DNA of 64,000 nucleotides from Candidatus Latescibacterota bacterium (GTDB lineage Bacteria; Latescibacterota; UBA2968; UBA8231): NCBI GenBank assembly GCA_965219385.1, contig CBDCNM010000001.1, positions 546,631 to 610,630 of the forward strand, read 5' to 3'. Shown piece by piece: positions 19,359 to 28,774 of this stretch (position 1 is its first letter; each line of letters starts with the position of its first letter). The notes under the pieces were generated by a model. It saw only the letters and a program-made list of their open reading frames with translations, ran no database searches and was not told where the DNA came from. The position numbers and the translations under genes were made by a program.

Positions 19359-19757
19359 GTGAGCTTAAAGTGGAAATACGTCGAGCCATTGGACGAGAGC
19401 CAATTGTCTAAAATTGAGAAACATTTTGGCCTCAGCTTGCCGGAGGATTACAAAAAATTAATTGTGGAATGCAATCGGGGAAAACCCCTCTTAGAAAGGT
19501 TTGATACAGAACTTCAAAAGGAATGTGTCCTCGATTATATGATTGATCTTGAAGAGATGGTCACCATTGCCCAAGTACTCGCTTCTGAATATGGCGTCGA
19601 TAACCTGATCCCCATAGGACGAGATCCGTTTGGGAATCTAATCGCCTTTAAAATTGCAGGTGGGCAGATTGATTCGGTGGTCTTTTGGGATCATGAAGAA
19701 AATAAAATTTCTAAAATATCAGGCAGCTTTACTGAATTTCTGAGGAAGCTATACTGA
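19359..19757 (+). CDS. SMI1/KNR4 (SUKH) family immunity protein
   Basis: LSKIEKHFGLSLPEDYKKL, LIPIGRDPFGNLIAF and VVFWDHE...SFTEFL; directly downstream of the nuclease. Confidence 0.9.
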   Translation: MSLKWKYVEPLDESQLSKIEKHFGLSLPEDYKKLIVECNRGKPLLERFDTELQKECVLDYMIDLEEMVTIAQVLASEYGVDNLIPIGRDPFGNLIAFKIAGGQIDSVVFWDHEENKISKISGSFTEFLRKLY

Positions 19758-19853
19758 GGAGTGTGTACGACAATAAATACATGAGGCGGCATGTCACAGA
19801 GATTTCTCGTTCGCCATACCACATTCCATGCCCCGGATTGGATTTTTGCGCAT

Positions 19854-20541
19854 CAAATTGCGAGCCTGGATCTGGGCCAGCCAACCGGTCGAAACTCGGC
19901 TGGGTTGTGCCCTGCTCAACCGGCTGCTCCAACCGGCTGCTCCAACCGGCTGCTCCATCTTAGGTAACCCGGAGTCTTATCCGGTAAAGAAAGGCGCTTA
20001 AACCACAGAAGCAGGGGTCTTTTGGCCCCTGCCGGTTTTCATGCAACAACCCCCTGCCCTTAGGATCATCCGGTTAAAAAAAGCAAGAGATCCAGGTTCG
20101 ATGCACATATCCTCGTGCGGGAGAAAACCATGCGCAAAATCAAACGAAAGGTTGGGCCAGTCATGATCATCGCAGCGACATTTAGCGCCGCCTCTTCGCC
20201 GGCCGAGCCACCGGACAACGTAGTGCCGACCCCGCAGGAAAGAGTCGAAGAACTGGACTCGATGCCCTGGATAGAGGTGATCGAGAAAGAGATCCCGCCG
20301 CTGAAAAACAAACTCGGGAATCGCTGGCCCATGATCGCCTGGCACAGTGTTGGCATGGAGCCGCTCGCCAAGGAGCAGATCCACATGCTGCTGGACCGCG
20401 GCTTGACCCAGCACCTGCGCATGGACGAGAACATGATCGCGGCCGCCAAAGCCCTGCAGGAGGCCGGCTCGCCGGTGATTTTCATGCAGGGCCAGGCCGG
20501 GAGCTGGCCCTACTCGCTGGCGGCGGATTCGAGCCGCTGGG
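19854..20541 (+). repeat. Direct repeat copy 1 (688 bp) of 22384-23045: upstream region plus the 5' end of a secreted-protein gene
   Basis: Near-identical from CAAATTGCGAGCC to GAGCCGCTGGG in both copies. Confidence 0.92.
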
Positions 20542-20633
20542 GGAGCCCCTGTAGAGGATGCTCGCCGGTATGGGCTAAGATCAGGTCCACGCCCGTGGTG
20601 GCCCCCAGCCCGGTGGCCATCTCCATGATGTAA
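20130..20633 (+). pseudogene. Truncated duplicate of the 22634-24142 gene
   Basis: Identical N-terminus (MRKIKRKVGPV...AADSSRW), then reads into unrelated sequence after 20541. Confidence 0.8.
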
Positions 20634-20931
20634 AAACCTGGTTCTACTGCCGCCTGGCCGTAGGGCAATGTCGCGGCATCCGAGGGCTGGACTAGCACGA
20701 AGTCCAGATACGCCGGTTCCCGCAGCAGTGCCGCGTTGTGCGGCACGACCACGGTGCCGCCCGCGCGGTCACCACCCAGCGCGTCAATTGGGCAAAAGAC
20801 CGGGCCGCGTCCTCCCTCAGCGCGCCGGTCGCCTGCATCCCCAACCGCAAGGCAGCAAAGCCACGTTCCACGGCGACGGGTGCTTCCATCTCTGCCAGCG
20901 CTTGGCGGAACCAAGCCTCGACCCTGTCCAT
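20542..20931 (-). pseudogene. Gene remnant, possibly a UxaA/GarD-family dehydratase C-terminal fragment
   Basis: Frameshifted pieces ending GGTVVVPHNAALL...PGFYIMEMATGLGATTGVDLILAHTGEHPLQG resemble the UxaA C-terminal 'TGLxAxG' region. Confidence 0.4.
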
Positions 20932-21006
20932 GGCCTTATATCGAAAAAAGGAGATGCTCGATGATAAATACCTTGATTGTGCATCATTTGTGCATATATT
21001 AGAGAA

Positions 21007-21282
21007 ATGGGATATCAGTGGGACATCGCCAAAGCCCGATCCAATCTACGAAAACACGGAATCGACTTTGCCGATGCCGTCGGAGTCTTTGAAGATGAGT
21101 GGGCCTTTACCTGCAAAGAGGAGGAGATTGCGGAAGAATTCCGCTTGGCGACCTTGGGTATGGATTTTTTGGGCCGCATAGTAGTGGTAGTGTCCACCTA
21201 TCGGGGCGACGATATCCGCTTGATCTCGGCCCGACCAGCCACGCCGCGTGAAAGGAGGCACTATGAGCAAGGAAGAATTTGA
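21007..21282 (+). CDS. brnT: BrnT family toxin (type II TA)
   Basis: YQWDIAKARSNLRKHGIDFADAVGVF...IRLISARPATPRERRHY. Confidence 0.9.
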   Translation: MGYQWDIAKARSNLRKHGIDFADAVGVFEDEWAFTCKEEEIAEEFRLATLGMDFLGRIVVVVSTYRGDDIRLISARPATPRERRHYEQGRI

Positions 21283-21523
21283 CTTTACTCAGGCCAAACA
21301 AGGAGCACTCGTTCCTGCTGCTCCTAATAAAACGCGTATCACGATACGCTTGGACGCCGATGTGCTGAACTGGTTTAGAAACCAGGTACACGAGGCCGGC
21401 GGCGGCAATTATCAGACCTTGATCAACGAGGCACTGCGTCAATATATCCAAGTTCAGGATGATAGCCTAGAGGAAACCTTGCGCAAAGTGATCCGTGAAG
21501 AACTACAGACGCTTTCCCAATAG
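21263..21523 (+). CDS. brnA: BrnA family antitoxin
   Basis: AAGGAGG RBS; KTRITIRLDADVLNWFR...GGGNYQTLINEALRQYI; overlaps the toxin gene. Confidence 0.9.
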   Translation: MSKEEFDFTQAKQGALVPAAPNKTRITIRLDADVLNWFRNQVHEAGGGNYQTLINEALRQYIQVQDDSLEETLRKVIREELQTLSQ

Positions 21524-21544
21524 CCTTTATGCTGGAACAGATGA

Positions 21545-22353
21545 CGCCTGTCACACCACGGCCAGGTAAAGAAAACCGGCCCAAGGGGGAATGTACGTAA
21601 GATCGGCGATCCCCAACCCATCAGGGGCCTTTGCCCTAAAGTCGCGTTGGACCAGATCCGGCGCATCGGGCGTATCGTCGGCTCGCGTGGGGGTATGACT
21701 TTCTTACGCCGACGCCCCCCCTGCAAACCGGCTGGCTGCCTGAGGCGGGCCCCCCGCTTGCGACCCACCCGGTGGCCTTGGGCGGCCAATTCGGCCAGGC
21801 TACGGGGCGCTCCATACGTACCTCGAAAGCGCCGGTGAATCGCTTCGATGCGCTCTTTGAGCAGCGCATCGGCCTGGGCCCGCGCCGAGGGCAACCTCTG
21901 GCGCCACGCCCAGGAGCCGCTGGAGCCCCCCGCCCTCGGCCCATCGGGGCGATAGGATAGAGAGCCTGGGGCGCCTTCACGAACAAGAATCGCTCTTCGG
22001 TATCGCGTCGGTCTCCCCAGCGAACCAGGCCGTCGCTTTTGCCAGGATTTTGCGCTCCAGCCGCAACGACTTATTTTCCTGGTGGAGTCGGCGCAGCAGC
22101 CGGCGCAGCTGTTCTTGTTCGGGGGGTATCAACCCGTCCGAGCGATGGCCTTCATTGCGCTCGGCTTGATACCCCTGCGGATGGTCTGGGCCGACGGCTC
22201 GAATGCTTTGGCCAACTCGTCCGCTGTCCGACCGGCCTGCGCCCATTCGATGATTGGTGGCCGGAATTCCGGCGGATAGGGGGGACGTGACTGGGGCATA
22301 ATGAACTCCTTTCACACAAGTGATAAGATGTCCATCAAACCAGGTCAAGCCCA
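21545..22353 (-). mobile_element. Degenerate, truncated IS3-family element
   Basis: Left end TGGGCTTGACCTGGTTTGATGGACA at 22353. OrfA remnant MPQSRPPYPPEFR...ENKSLRLERKILAKATAWFA and OrfB remnant IHRRFRGTYGAPR...GRKR. Many frameshifts; ends in the catalytic region. Confidence 0.8.
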
Positions 22354-22383
22354 CGGCTATCCTCGCCGCTCGATTATTGGTGG

Positions 22384-23045
22384 CAAATTGCGAGCCCAGA
22401 TCTGGGCCAGCCAACCGGTCGAAACTCGGCTGGGTTGTGCCCTGCTCAACCGGTTGCTCCATCTAGGTAACCCGGAATCTTATCCGGTAAAGAAAGGCGC
22501 TTAAACCACAGAAGCAGGGGTCTTTTGGCCCCTGCCGGTTTTCATGCAACAACCCCCTGCCCTTAGGATCATCCGGTTAAAAAAAGCAAGAGATCCAGGT
22601 TCGATGCACATATCCTCGTGCGGGAAAATAACCATGCGCAAAATCAAACGAAAGGTTGGGCCAGTCATGATCATCGCAGCGACATTTAGCGCCGCCTCTT
22701 CGCCGGCCGAGCCGCCGGACAACGTAGTGCCGACCCCGCAGGAAAGAGTCGAAGAACTGGACTCGATGCCCTGGATAGAGGTGATCGAGAAAGAGATCCC
22801 GCCGCTGAAAAACAAACTCGGGAATCGCTGGCCCATGATCGCCTGGCACAGCGTTGGCATGGAGCCGCTCGCCAAGGAGCAGATCCACATGTTGCTGGAC
22901 CGCGGCTTGACCCAGCACCTGCGCATGGACGAGAACATGATCGCGGCCGCCAAAGCCCTGCAGGAGGCCGGCTCGCCGGTGATTTTCATGCAGGGCCAGG
23001 CCGGGAGCTGGCCCTACTCGCTGGCGGCGGATTCGAGCCGCTGGG
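22384..23045 (+). repeat. Direct repeat copy 2 (662 bp)
   Basis: Matches 19854-20541 apart from a 26-bp tandem expansion, small indels and scattered substitutions. Confidence 0.92.
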
Positions 23046-24142
23046 CGCACCAGTTCGACGAAGGTTACCACTACGAAATGGCCGGCCGGGGCGCTCTGGG
23101 CGCGTGGCACGGGGCCTGCCCGCTGATGATCGAGGGGTGGGAAGTCATGGCCGGGCAGATCCGCGACACCCTGGGGGCTTTTCGCGCTGCCGGCGTCGCG
23201 GTTAATGCGGTGTGGATGGACTGGGAGGGGGACCCCTATCCCTGGAGTCATCTTTTCAAACAGCTCGAGCACTGCAAACGCTGTCGGGAGCAATTGCCCC
23301 CGGAGGTTCTGGCGGACGAGCACCAGTACTGGGCTTTCTACTGGCGGCTCTACCAGCAGCTCTACGGCGCCTATCTGGCCGGGCCGGTGCGCGAGATATT
23401 TCCGCAGTGTTCGATCACCAACTGGCACATCGTCTATTCCACCCAGACCACCCCGCTGCACTACTTTGTGGACAACCGGGTCCTGCCGCCGGGTATTCCC
23501 CCCCTGTTGACGGCCACCAACCCGGTGGCCTATGGCAACGACCGGTTCTGGTACTCGGAGTGGAAAGAGGAATACCCCCTGGACCAGCGCCACGTGGACC
23601 AGTTCTACATGCACAACCTGCTCAGGCAGATCTCCGGCGACGCCGCCAACCGCCAGGTCTACGCCCCGGAGGTGGGCAGTTTCCCCTGGGTGGTGCGCTG
23701 GTGCCGGATCGTCGATAGTGGGGAGGACGAGGTTCCGGACATGAGCCGGGAGGCCTACCGCGAGTCCCTGCGCCACATGTGGATGCGCGGCATTGACGGG
23801 ATGCAGGTTTTCAATGCCTATCGGAAGGACTACGCGGAAATATCCCTGTTCGAACTTCAGGACGCCGTCGCGGTCTACGACGAGATCCTGGCCCATCGCG
23901 AGTTTTTCGCTGGCGGCCAGGCCATGAACCTGAAGGTGCCGGGCCCCCAGGACGACGGGGTCCTCTGGTCGGGCCTGCGTCTGCAAGACCGGGCGGTATT
24001 GCGGCTGGTGAGCCAGGGGGAGGCCGCGGCCCGGGTGGCCCTGGAGCCGTGGCCTGGAAGCCGGATCGAGCTGGAGGCGCCCACCGAGGGCAGGACGTAT
24101 GTTCTGAGGTTAGTCGGTGGGCAGGTAGAGATAATCGAGTAA
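22634..24142 (+). CDS. Secreted hypothetical protein (possible TIM-barrel glycoside-hydrolase-like)
   Basis: Signal peptide MRKIKRKVGPVMIIAATFSAASS; AVWMDWEG, HCKRC; host-like codon usage. Confidence 0.65.
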   Translation: MRKIKRKVGPVMIIAATFSAASSPAEPPDNVVPTPQERVEELDSMPWIEVIEKEIPPLKNKLGNRWPMIAWHSVGMEPLAKEQIHMLLDRGLTQHLRMDENMIAAAKALQEAGSPVIFMQGQAGSWPYSLAADSSRWAHQFDEGYHYEMAGRGALGAWHGACPLMIEGWEVMAGQIRDTLGAFRAAGVAVNAVWMDWEGDPYPWSHLFKQLEHCKRCREQLPPEVLADEHQYWAFYWRLYQQLYGAYLAGPVREIFPQCSITNWHIVYSTQTTPLHYFVDNRVLPPGIPPLLTATNPVAYGNDRFWYSEWKEEYPLDQRHVDQFYMHNLLRQISGDAANRQVYAPEVGSFPWVVRWCRIVDSGEDEVPDMSREAYRESLRHMWMRGIDGMQVFNAYRKDYAEISLFELQDAVAVYDEILAHREFFAGGQAMNLKVPGPQDDGVLWSGLRLQDRAVLRLVSQGEAAARVALEPWPGSRIELEAPTEGRTYVLRLVGGQVEIIE

Positions 24143-24173
24143 TGAGCAGACTCCCCTCTGGCCGGCCGATCCT

Positions 24174-27100
24174 CTACTCCAGCGTCAGGTCGGCGGTGGT
24201 GGATTTGCTGGTGAAGAGGTCGATGGTGTGGATCTGCCATTCGCCTGGGGGATCGTTGTGGGCAAAGGACAGGATCACTTCTTTTGCTTCTCGGTCCACA
24301 ATGAGTTTTTGCTCGAACCATTCCGCCTGCCCTCCTTCAGGTGCGGTGAGGCGAATGCGGACCGCGTGTTTTCCGGCGGCCCCCGGAACGCTTACGCCGA
24401 TTTTGACCTGGGAGCCGCGCCGGGCGGTTTCCTTTGGCAGGCTGATCTCGGGCGCGGGCGCAGCCTCGGGCAAGAGCGCGAAGAAAGAGGCCCGGTGGGG
24501 GCGCAAGGTGGTGGTGAATTCGCCGACATTGCCGCGGTCCTGGCCTGTCTTGAGTTCGTAGACGAAGCGCTTTTGCGGCAGATGCACCCGGACCGGGCCC
24601 GCGGCCGTGCCGTAGAGGGCCACCAGTTCGATGTCCCCCTCGTGCCAGCGCGAGACTTCGAGTCCGGGGACTTCCGCGCCCGTCGGGCGGGTCACTCCTA
24701 TCCTGGGGGTGGCGCCGGCGGCCCGCAGCAGTTGTTTCACCAGGTGGTCGACCGGCGCGTCGAAGACCCCGAAGTTGAGCAGTACGGCCCGGCCCTTGCC
24801 GAACTGGTTGACGATGCACACCGGGAAGTGAAATTCGGGCCAGCTCAGGCGATAGGGGAAGGCCTGGCCCAGGTTGCGGGCGGATGTGGGTTCCACGGTC
24901 GGGTTGATCGCAACCGGCCGGTAGCCTTCCTCGTGCCACCCGCCGCGCCACTTCATGGCTATGGAGCGGCCGTCCACCTCGCCGTCGAGGATCAGTTGCT
25001 CGACCTCCACGGCCTCGCGTTTGCCACTGCGTTTGATGCCGAAGACATCGTCGAGCATGCCCGCTGGCTGCGGTTTGCAGTGGCCGTCGTAGATTCCCGG
25101 CCGCACATCGGCGATGAGGGTGCCGCCCTGGCGCACGAATTCCCGTATGAGTTCGGCCTCCCGGCGGCCGATGGCATAGGTCAGGGGGAGGATGAGCACC
25201 TTGTAGCCGGACAGATCGAATTCGCCGCGGCGCAGCATGCGGTCGGTGGCGTAGCGGAACTGCACCCCGGCATCGTGTATCATCCGGTGCCAGCGGCCGT
25301 GGTCGCGCTCGTAGCGGCCATAGGTGAGGTTGGCGTCGAAGTGGGCGATGTGGGATGAGGGCAGGGAGTGGAGCAGGGCAATGCCGTCGTCGTACATCTG
25401 GTAGTGCATCAGCAAGGTGGCGAGGCCGTCGCGCACGATCCGGGTGTCTTCCAGCATCTCCCGGGTGGCCGGAAAGACCCCCAGGCTGGGGGTCAGGAAG
25501 CCGTGGTACTCTTCGATCAGGTCCCAGCGCCACCACTGGACCAGGTTCATGTGGTTGGTGATCTGGTCCCAGACCTTTTTCAGCAGGACGTCGGCCTCCA
25601 TGGAGTAGCCCAGCCAGTTGCCGCCGGGAAAGCCGGGCTGGGCAATGGAGCGGATCACTTCGTTGGTGGCGCCCGGGTAGGGGCCCCAGTACTCCAGCTC
25701 CCGCACAAACAGGTCCAGATCCCCGCCCTTGCGGGTGCGAGTGCTGAGGCGTTGCGGTTCAAAGGTGCCCGCGCCCTCGAAGCCGGTGCGCGCCTCGGGG
25801 TCGAGTTGCTTGAAGGCGTGCAGGAAGCGCTTGCACAACTCGACGTAGGTGTAGAGCTGGAAGGCCTGGCGGTCGTACCAGCGGGGAAAGTTTTCGGCCT
25901 GCAGGGCCGGCATTTCATCGTTGATGGTGCCCAGGGCAATGTGGTGCTCGCCTTTGACGTGGTCGTCGGATCGTTCCTTGATCAGGCGCAGGGCATAGAA
26001 GTCCTTGAACCAGCCCGGCGCATCCGCGGCCGGCAGTTCCTGCAGCGGCGAGAGCTCGACCTGGTCGAAGGAGGCGAACTGGGTGTCCCAGGACCGGTTG
26101 AGGGCCTCTATTTCGCCGTAGACTTTTTCCAGGTAGGCCCGGTAGGCCCGCAGGCACTGGGGGCTCAGGCAGGACGCCCGGACCGTGTTCTCGTCCCCCA
26201 GGGAATAGGCGAAGACCCCGTGCCGGCGGGCGCCGGCGTGGCGTTCGACGATGGCGCGGACGTAGGGGGCCATCTTCTCGGGGTCGTGGTAGCAGCCATT
26301 GCGCAGCTCGCCGGTCGAGTCCAGCATGGCCGCGACCGAGTGGTGGCTCAGGCAGATCCGGGTGGTATAGGGCACCAGCGAGATCTGGTGGGCGGCCAGG
26401 GAGGGTACGGCCTGGCTACCCGAACCCAGCATCAGGGTCACGCCCTCCCGGGCCAGGCTCCTGGCCACGTAGGGGGCCAGATCCGTGCGCGGATAGTCCC
26501 ACATCAGGAAGTGGTAGTGGCCGCGCTGCCGTTTGGTGACCTGGAAGAAGGCATAGGCCGAAGAGACCTCGTCCTCGCCGTCGAGCAAGAGGGCCTCAAC
26601 CCGCAGCAGCATGGGCATCCAGTCTTCCACCGGGAAGCCGAACCTAAGGTCCTGTTTTTCGCCGCTCTCGAGGTCCTGAAGCGCCAGGATCCGACCGTCC
26701 TTGTCGAGCAGCCGGACCTGCACCCGGTTTTCAGTTTGCCAGGCTCTGGAGAGCCGCACCTGCCCTGCCGCGGTCCCGCCGACCTCGGCCCAGTCGTCGT
26801 CCAGTTCAATGGCTTCCACCTGGACCCCGGCGGTGACCTGAAACGGCTGGGTCGCCCAGTTTGCGATCCCCTGGTCGCTTTCGAGGAAGGCGTCCAGGTG
26901 GTAGGTGCCCGCGCGCACCCGGGGGACTGCAAAGCTCGCCGCGCCCTGAGCGGCCGCCTCGACCGTGCCCAGAAGCGTCTTTTCCCCATCCCAGCGGCGC
27001 AGTTCCACGCGCACCCGGGTGCCGGGGGCTGCCTTGCCCCACTGTGCAGTTACTACCTTTACAGGCAAGTCCTCTCTGGCCAGTTCAGCGGCACTGAGCC

Positions 27101-27839
27101 GCAGTTCCAAATCCGGCGCCGGACTGCGGCCGGCCGCCCACAGCAGGGCGCGGCCCTGCTGCTCCATCTGGTAGTCGAATGCGGTTTCCCAGCCGACCTG
27201 GAACTCCAGGGGCTGCCGCGGTTCCAGCAGCGCGGCCCGGCCTTCTCCCAGGGCGAAGAAGGCGCCCGAGTTCATTGCGGTGGGTGCAGCAGTGGGGGTT
27301 GCAGGGGCGAAGAGGGTGCTGTCGCGCTTCCCGACCACGACCAGGCCGGCGCCTCCGGAGACCTTCTGAAGTAGTCTGCGCGTGGCTTCCTCGGGCAGGA
27401 CATCGACGCCCATTTGATTAAAGAAATAGGCATCAAAGGACTGCTCCAGCAGCCGCACAACCCGCTTGCTGCCCGCCTTTTCGTCGCCAAAGCGCTCGGG
27501 CCGTCCGTCTCCCAGCAGGTGTTTGTAATCCTGGTGGTAGTAGACCGCCTCGGCCTGGAGGTCGAAGCGCTGCATCAGTTCGATGATCTCGCGGGTGTGG
27601 GTGCTGTTCTGGTACCAAGTAGTGAAAAACAGGACCCTGATCTGGCCGGCCGCATAGGGCTTGGCCCACTTTGTGTGCGGGGTTTCGAACTCCGTGGACA
27701 GGGCGTGGTCAATTTCGACTTCGGCGGCGGAATCTTTGTTCTGGGCGGCAACAGCAGGCGGTTCCAGCAGCAAGCCCGCAAGGAGCAAAAACAACAGCGA
27801 GGAGCGGCACAAACCCGCGTTTTCAGTGGAAGACGTCAT
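24174..27839 (-). CDS. Secreted GH42-like glycoside hydrolase with trimerisation-like domain (paralog 2)
   Basis: Signal peptide; TPHTKWAKP; YSLGDEN; YLEKVYGEIEALNRSWDT; FVRQGGTLIADVRPG; AHNDPPGEW C-terminal domain. Confidence 0.75.
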   Translation of the reverse strand: MTSSTENAGLCRSSLLFLLLAGLLLEPPAVAAQNKDSAAEVEIDHALSTEFETPHTKWAKPYAAGQIRVLFFTTWYQNSTHTREIIELMQRFDLQAEAVYYHQDYKHLLGDGRPERFGDEKAGSKRVVRLLEQSFDAYFFNQMGVDVLPEEATRRLLQKVSGGAGLVVVGKRDSTLFAPATPTAAPTAMNSGAFFALGEGRAALLEPRQPLEFQVGWETAFDYQMEQQGRALLWAAGRSPAPDLELRLSAAELAREDLPVKVVTAQWGKAAPGTRVRVELRRWDGEKTLLGTVEAAAQGAASFAVPRVRAGTYHLDAFLESDQGIANWATQPFQVTAGVQVEAIELDDDWAEVGGTAAGQVRLSRAWQTENRVQVRLLDKDGRILALQDLESGEKQDLRFGFPVEDWMPMLLRVEALLLDGEDEVSSAYAFFQVTKRQRGHYHFLMWDYPRTDLAPYVARSLAREGVTLMLGSGSQAVPSLAAHQISLVPYTTRICLSHHSVAAMLDSTGELRNGCYHDPEKMAPYVRAIVERHAGARRHGVFAYSLGDENTVRASCLSPQCLRAYRAYLEKVYGEIEALNRSWDTQFASFDQVELSPLQELPAADAPGWFKDFYALRLIKERSDDHVKGEHHIALGTINDEMPALQAENFPRWYDRQAFQLYTYVELCKRFLHAFKQLDPEARTGFEGAGTFEPQRLSTRTRKGGDLDLFVRELEYWGPYPGATNEVIRSIAQPGFPGGNWLGYSMEADVLLKKVWDQITNHMNLVQWWRWDLIEEYHGFLTPSLGVFPATREMLEDTRIVRDGLATLLMHYQMYDDGIALLHSLPSSHIAHFDANLTYGRYERDHGRWHRMIHDAGVQFRYATDRMLRRGEFDLSGYKVLILPLTYAIGRREAELIREFVRQGGTLIADVRPGIYDGHCKPQPAGMLDDVFGIKRSGKREAVEVEQLILDGEVDGRSIAMKWRGGWHEEGYRPVAINPTVEPTSARNLGQAFPYRLSWPEFHFPVCIVNQFGKGRAVLLNFGVFDAPVDHLVKQLLRAAGATPRIGVTRPTGAEVPGLEVSRWHEGDIELVALYGTAAGPVRVHLPQKRFVYELKTGQDRGNVGEFTTTLRPHRASFFALLPEAAPAPEISLPKETARRGSQVKIGVSVPGAAGKHAVRIRLTAPEGGQAEWFEQKLIVDREAKEVILSFAHNDPPGEWQIHTIDLFTSKSTTADLTLE

Positions 27840-27858
27840 AATTTTCACCCCTTACATA

Positions 27859-28744
27859 ACCAATGGTGCTAGTCGATTGACCGTGGTCCAGGTAGTTCCT
27901 ATGCTGAGGTTACCACCCCTTTCAGCCAAGGAGCGAACCCATGACCACGGCCGACTTTATAATAGCCCTCTTCAATCGTATCGACCATCACATGCGCGAC
28001 GTGCCCAAACATCCCCAAGCCGCCTTGTATCCCAGCGAGACGGTTACGCTGGCGGTCCTATATGCGCTCAAAGGCGGCAGCAAACGGGCGTTCTATCGCT
28101 GGCTGGTGCGCGATGGGCTCGCCTTCTTTCCTCGGCTGCCCGAGCGCACCCGTTTGTTCCGCCTTTTTGCCGCCCATCCGGATTGGACCGACCCCTTTCG
28201 GGCCGCGCCGACGACGCTGGGCGTGATCGACAGCTATGGCATCGAACTGCTCCATCCCATCCGCCAAGGCCGCTCGCCCCAGCAGATCGGCCGAAAAGGC
28301 ACCTCCAATCGCCGCTGGATCGTCGGCGGCAAGCTGTGCTTGTTAGTCAACCAATGGGGCCTGATCGTCGATTGGGACTGGGCCCCCGCTAAGGTCCACG
28401 ATTCGGTCTTTCAGCCGATGATTCGCCGCCTCGAAGCGGAGATGATCCTCTTGAGCGACAACGGCTTTCACGCCAAGGAAGGCGATCCGCTTAATTTGAA
28501 ATGCTGCCCCCCTAAAACCTGGGGCGACCGGATGGTCATTGAGACCGTCTTTTCGATGCTGACCCTGATCAGTCGTTTCAAGCACCAGAGTCACCGGGCC
28601 TGGACCTATTTTAACGCCCACCTCAGCTTTGCCGTGGCCACGTTCAACCTGCTGGTCCAGTGGCAGGGCTTGGAGCCCGATGAAAACGGATTCATCAAGT
28701 TGTCCATGGCTGAGTTCAGCTTGTAAACCACTAGCACCATTGGT
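27859..28744 (+). mobile_element. IS982-family insertion sequence, apparently intact
   Basis: Perfect TIR ACCAATGGTGCTAGT / ACTAGCACCATTGGT; TACATA duplicated at 27853-27858 and 28745-28750. Confidence 0.88.
27941..28726 (+). CDS. IS982-family DDE transposase
   Basis: IDSYGI, GGKLCLLVN, LSDNGF and RMVIETVFSML motifs; lies between the TIRs. Confidence 0.85.
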   Translation: MTTADFIIALFNRIDHHMRDVPKHPQAALYPSETVTLAVLYALKGGSKRAFYRWLVRDGLAFFPRLPERTRLFRLFAAHPDWTDPFRAAPTTLGVIDSYGIELLHPIRQGRSPQQIGRKGTSNRRWIVGGKLCLLVNQWGLIVDWDWAPAKVHDSVFQPMIRRLEAEMILLSDNGFHAKEGDPLNLKCCPPKTWGDRMVIETVFSMLTLISRFKHQSHRAWTYFNAHLSFAVATFNLLVQWQGLEPDENGFIKLSMAEFSL

Positions 28745-28774
28745 TACATAACCAAATACTATGGACACTTTTTA

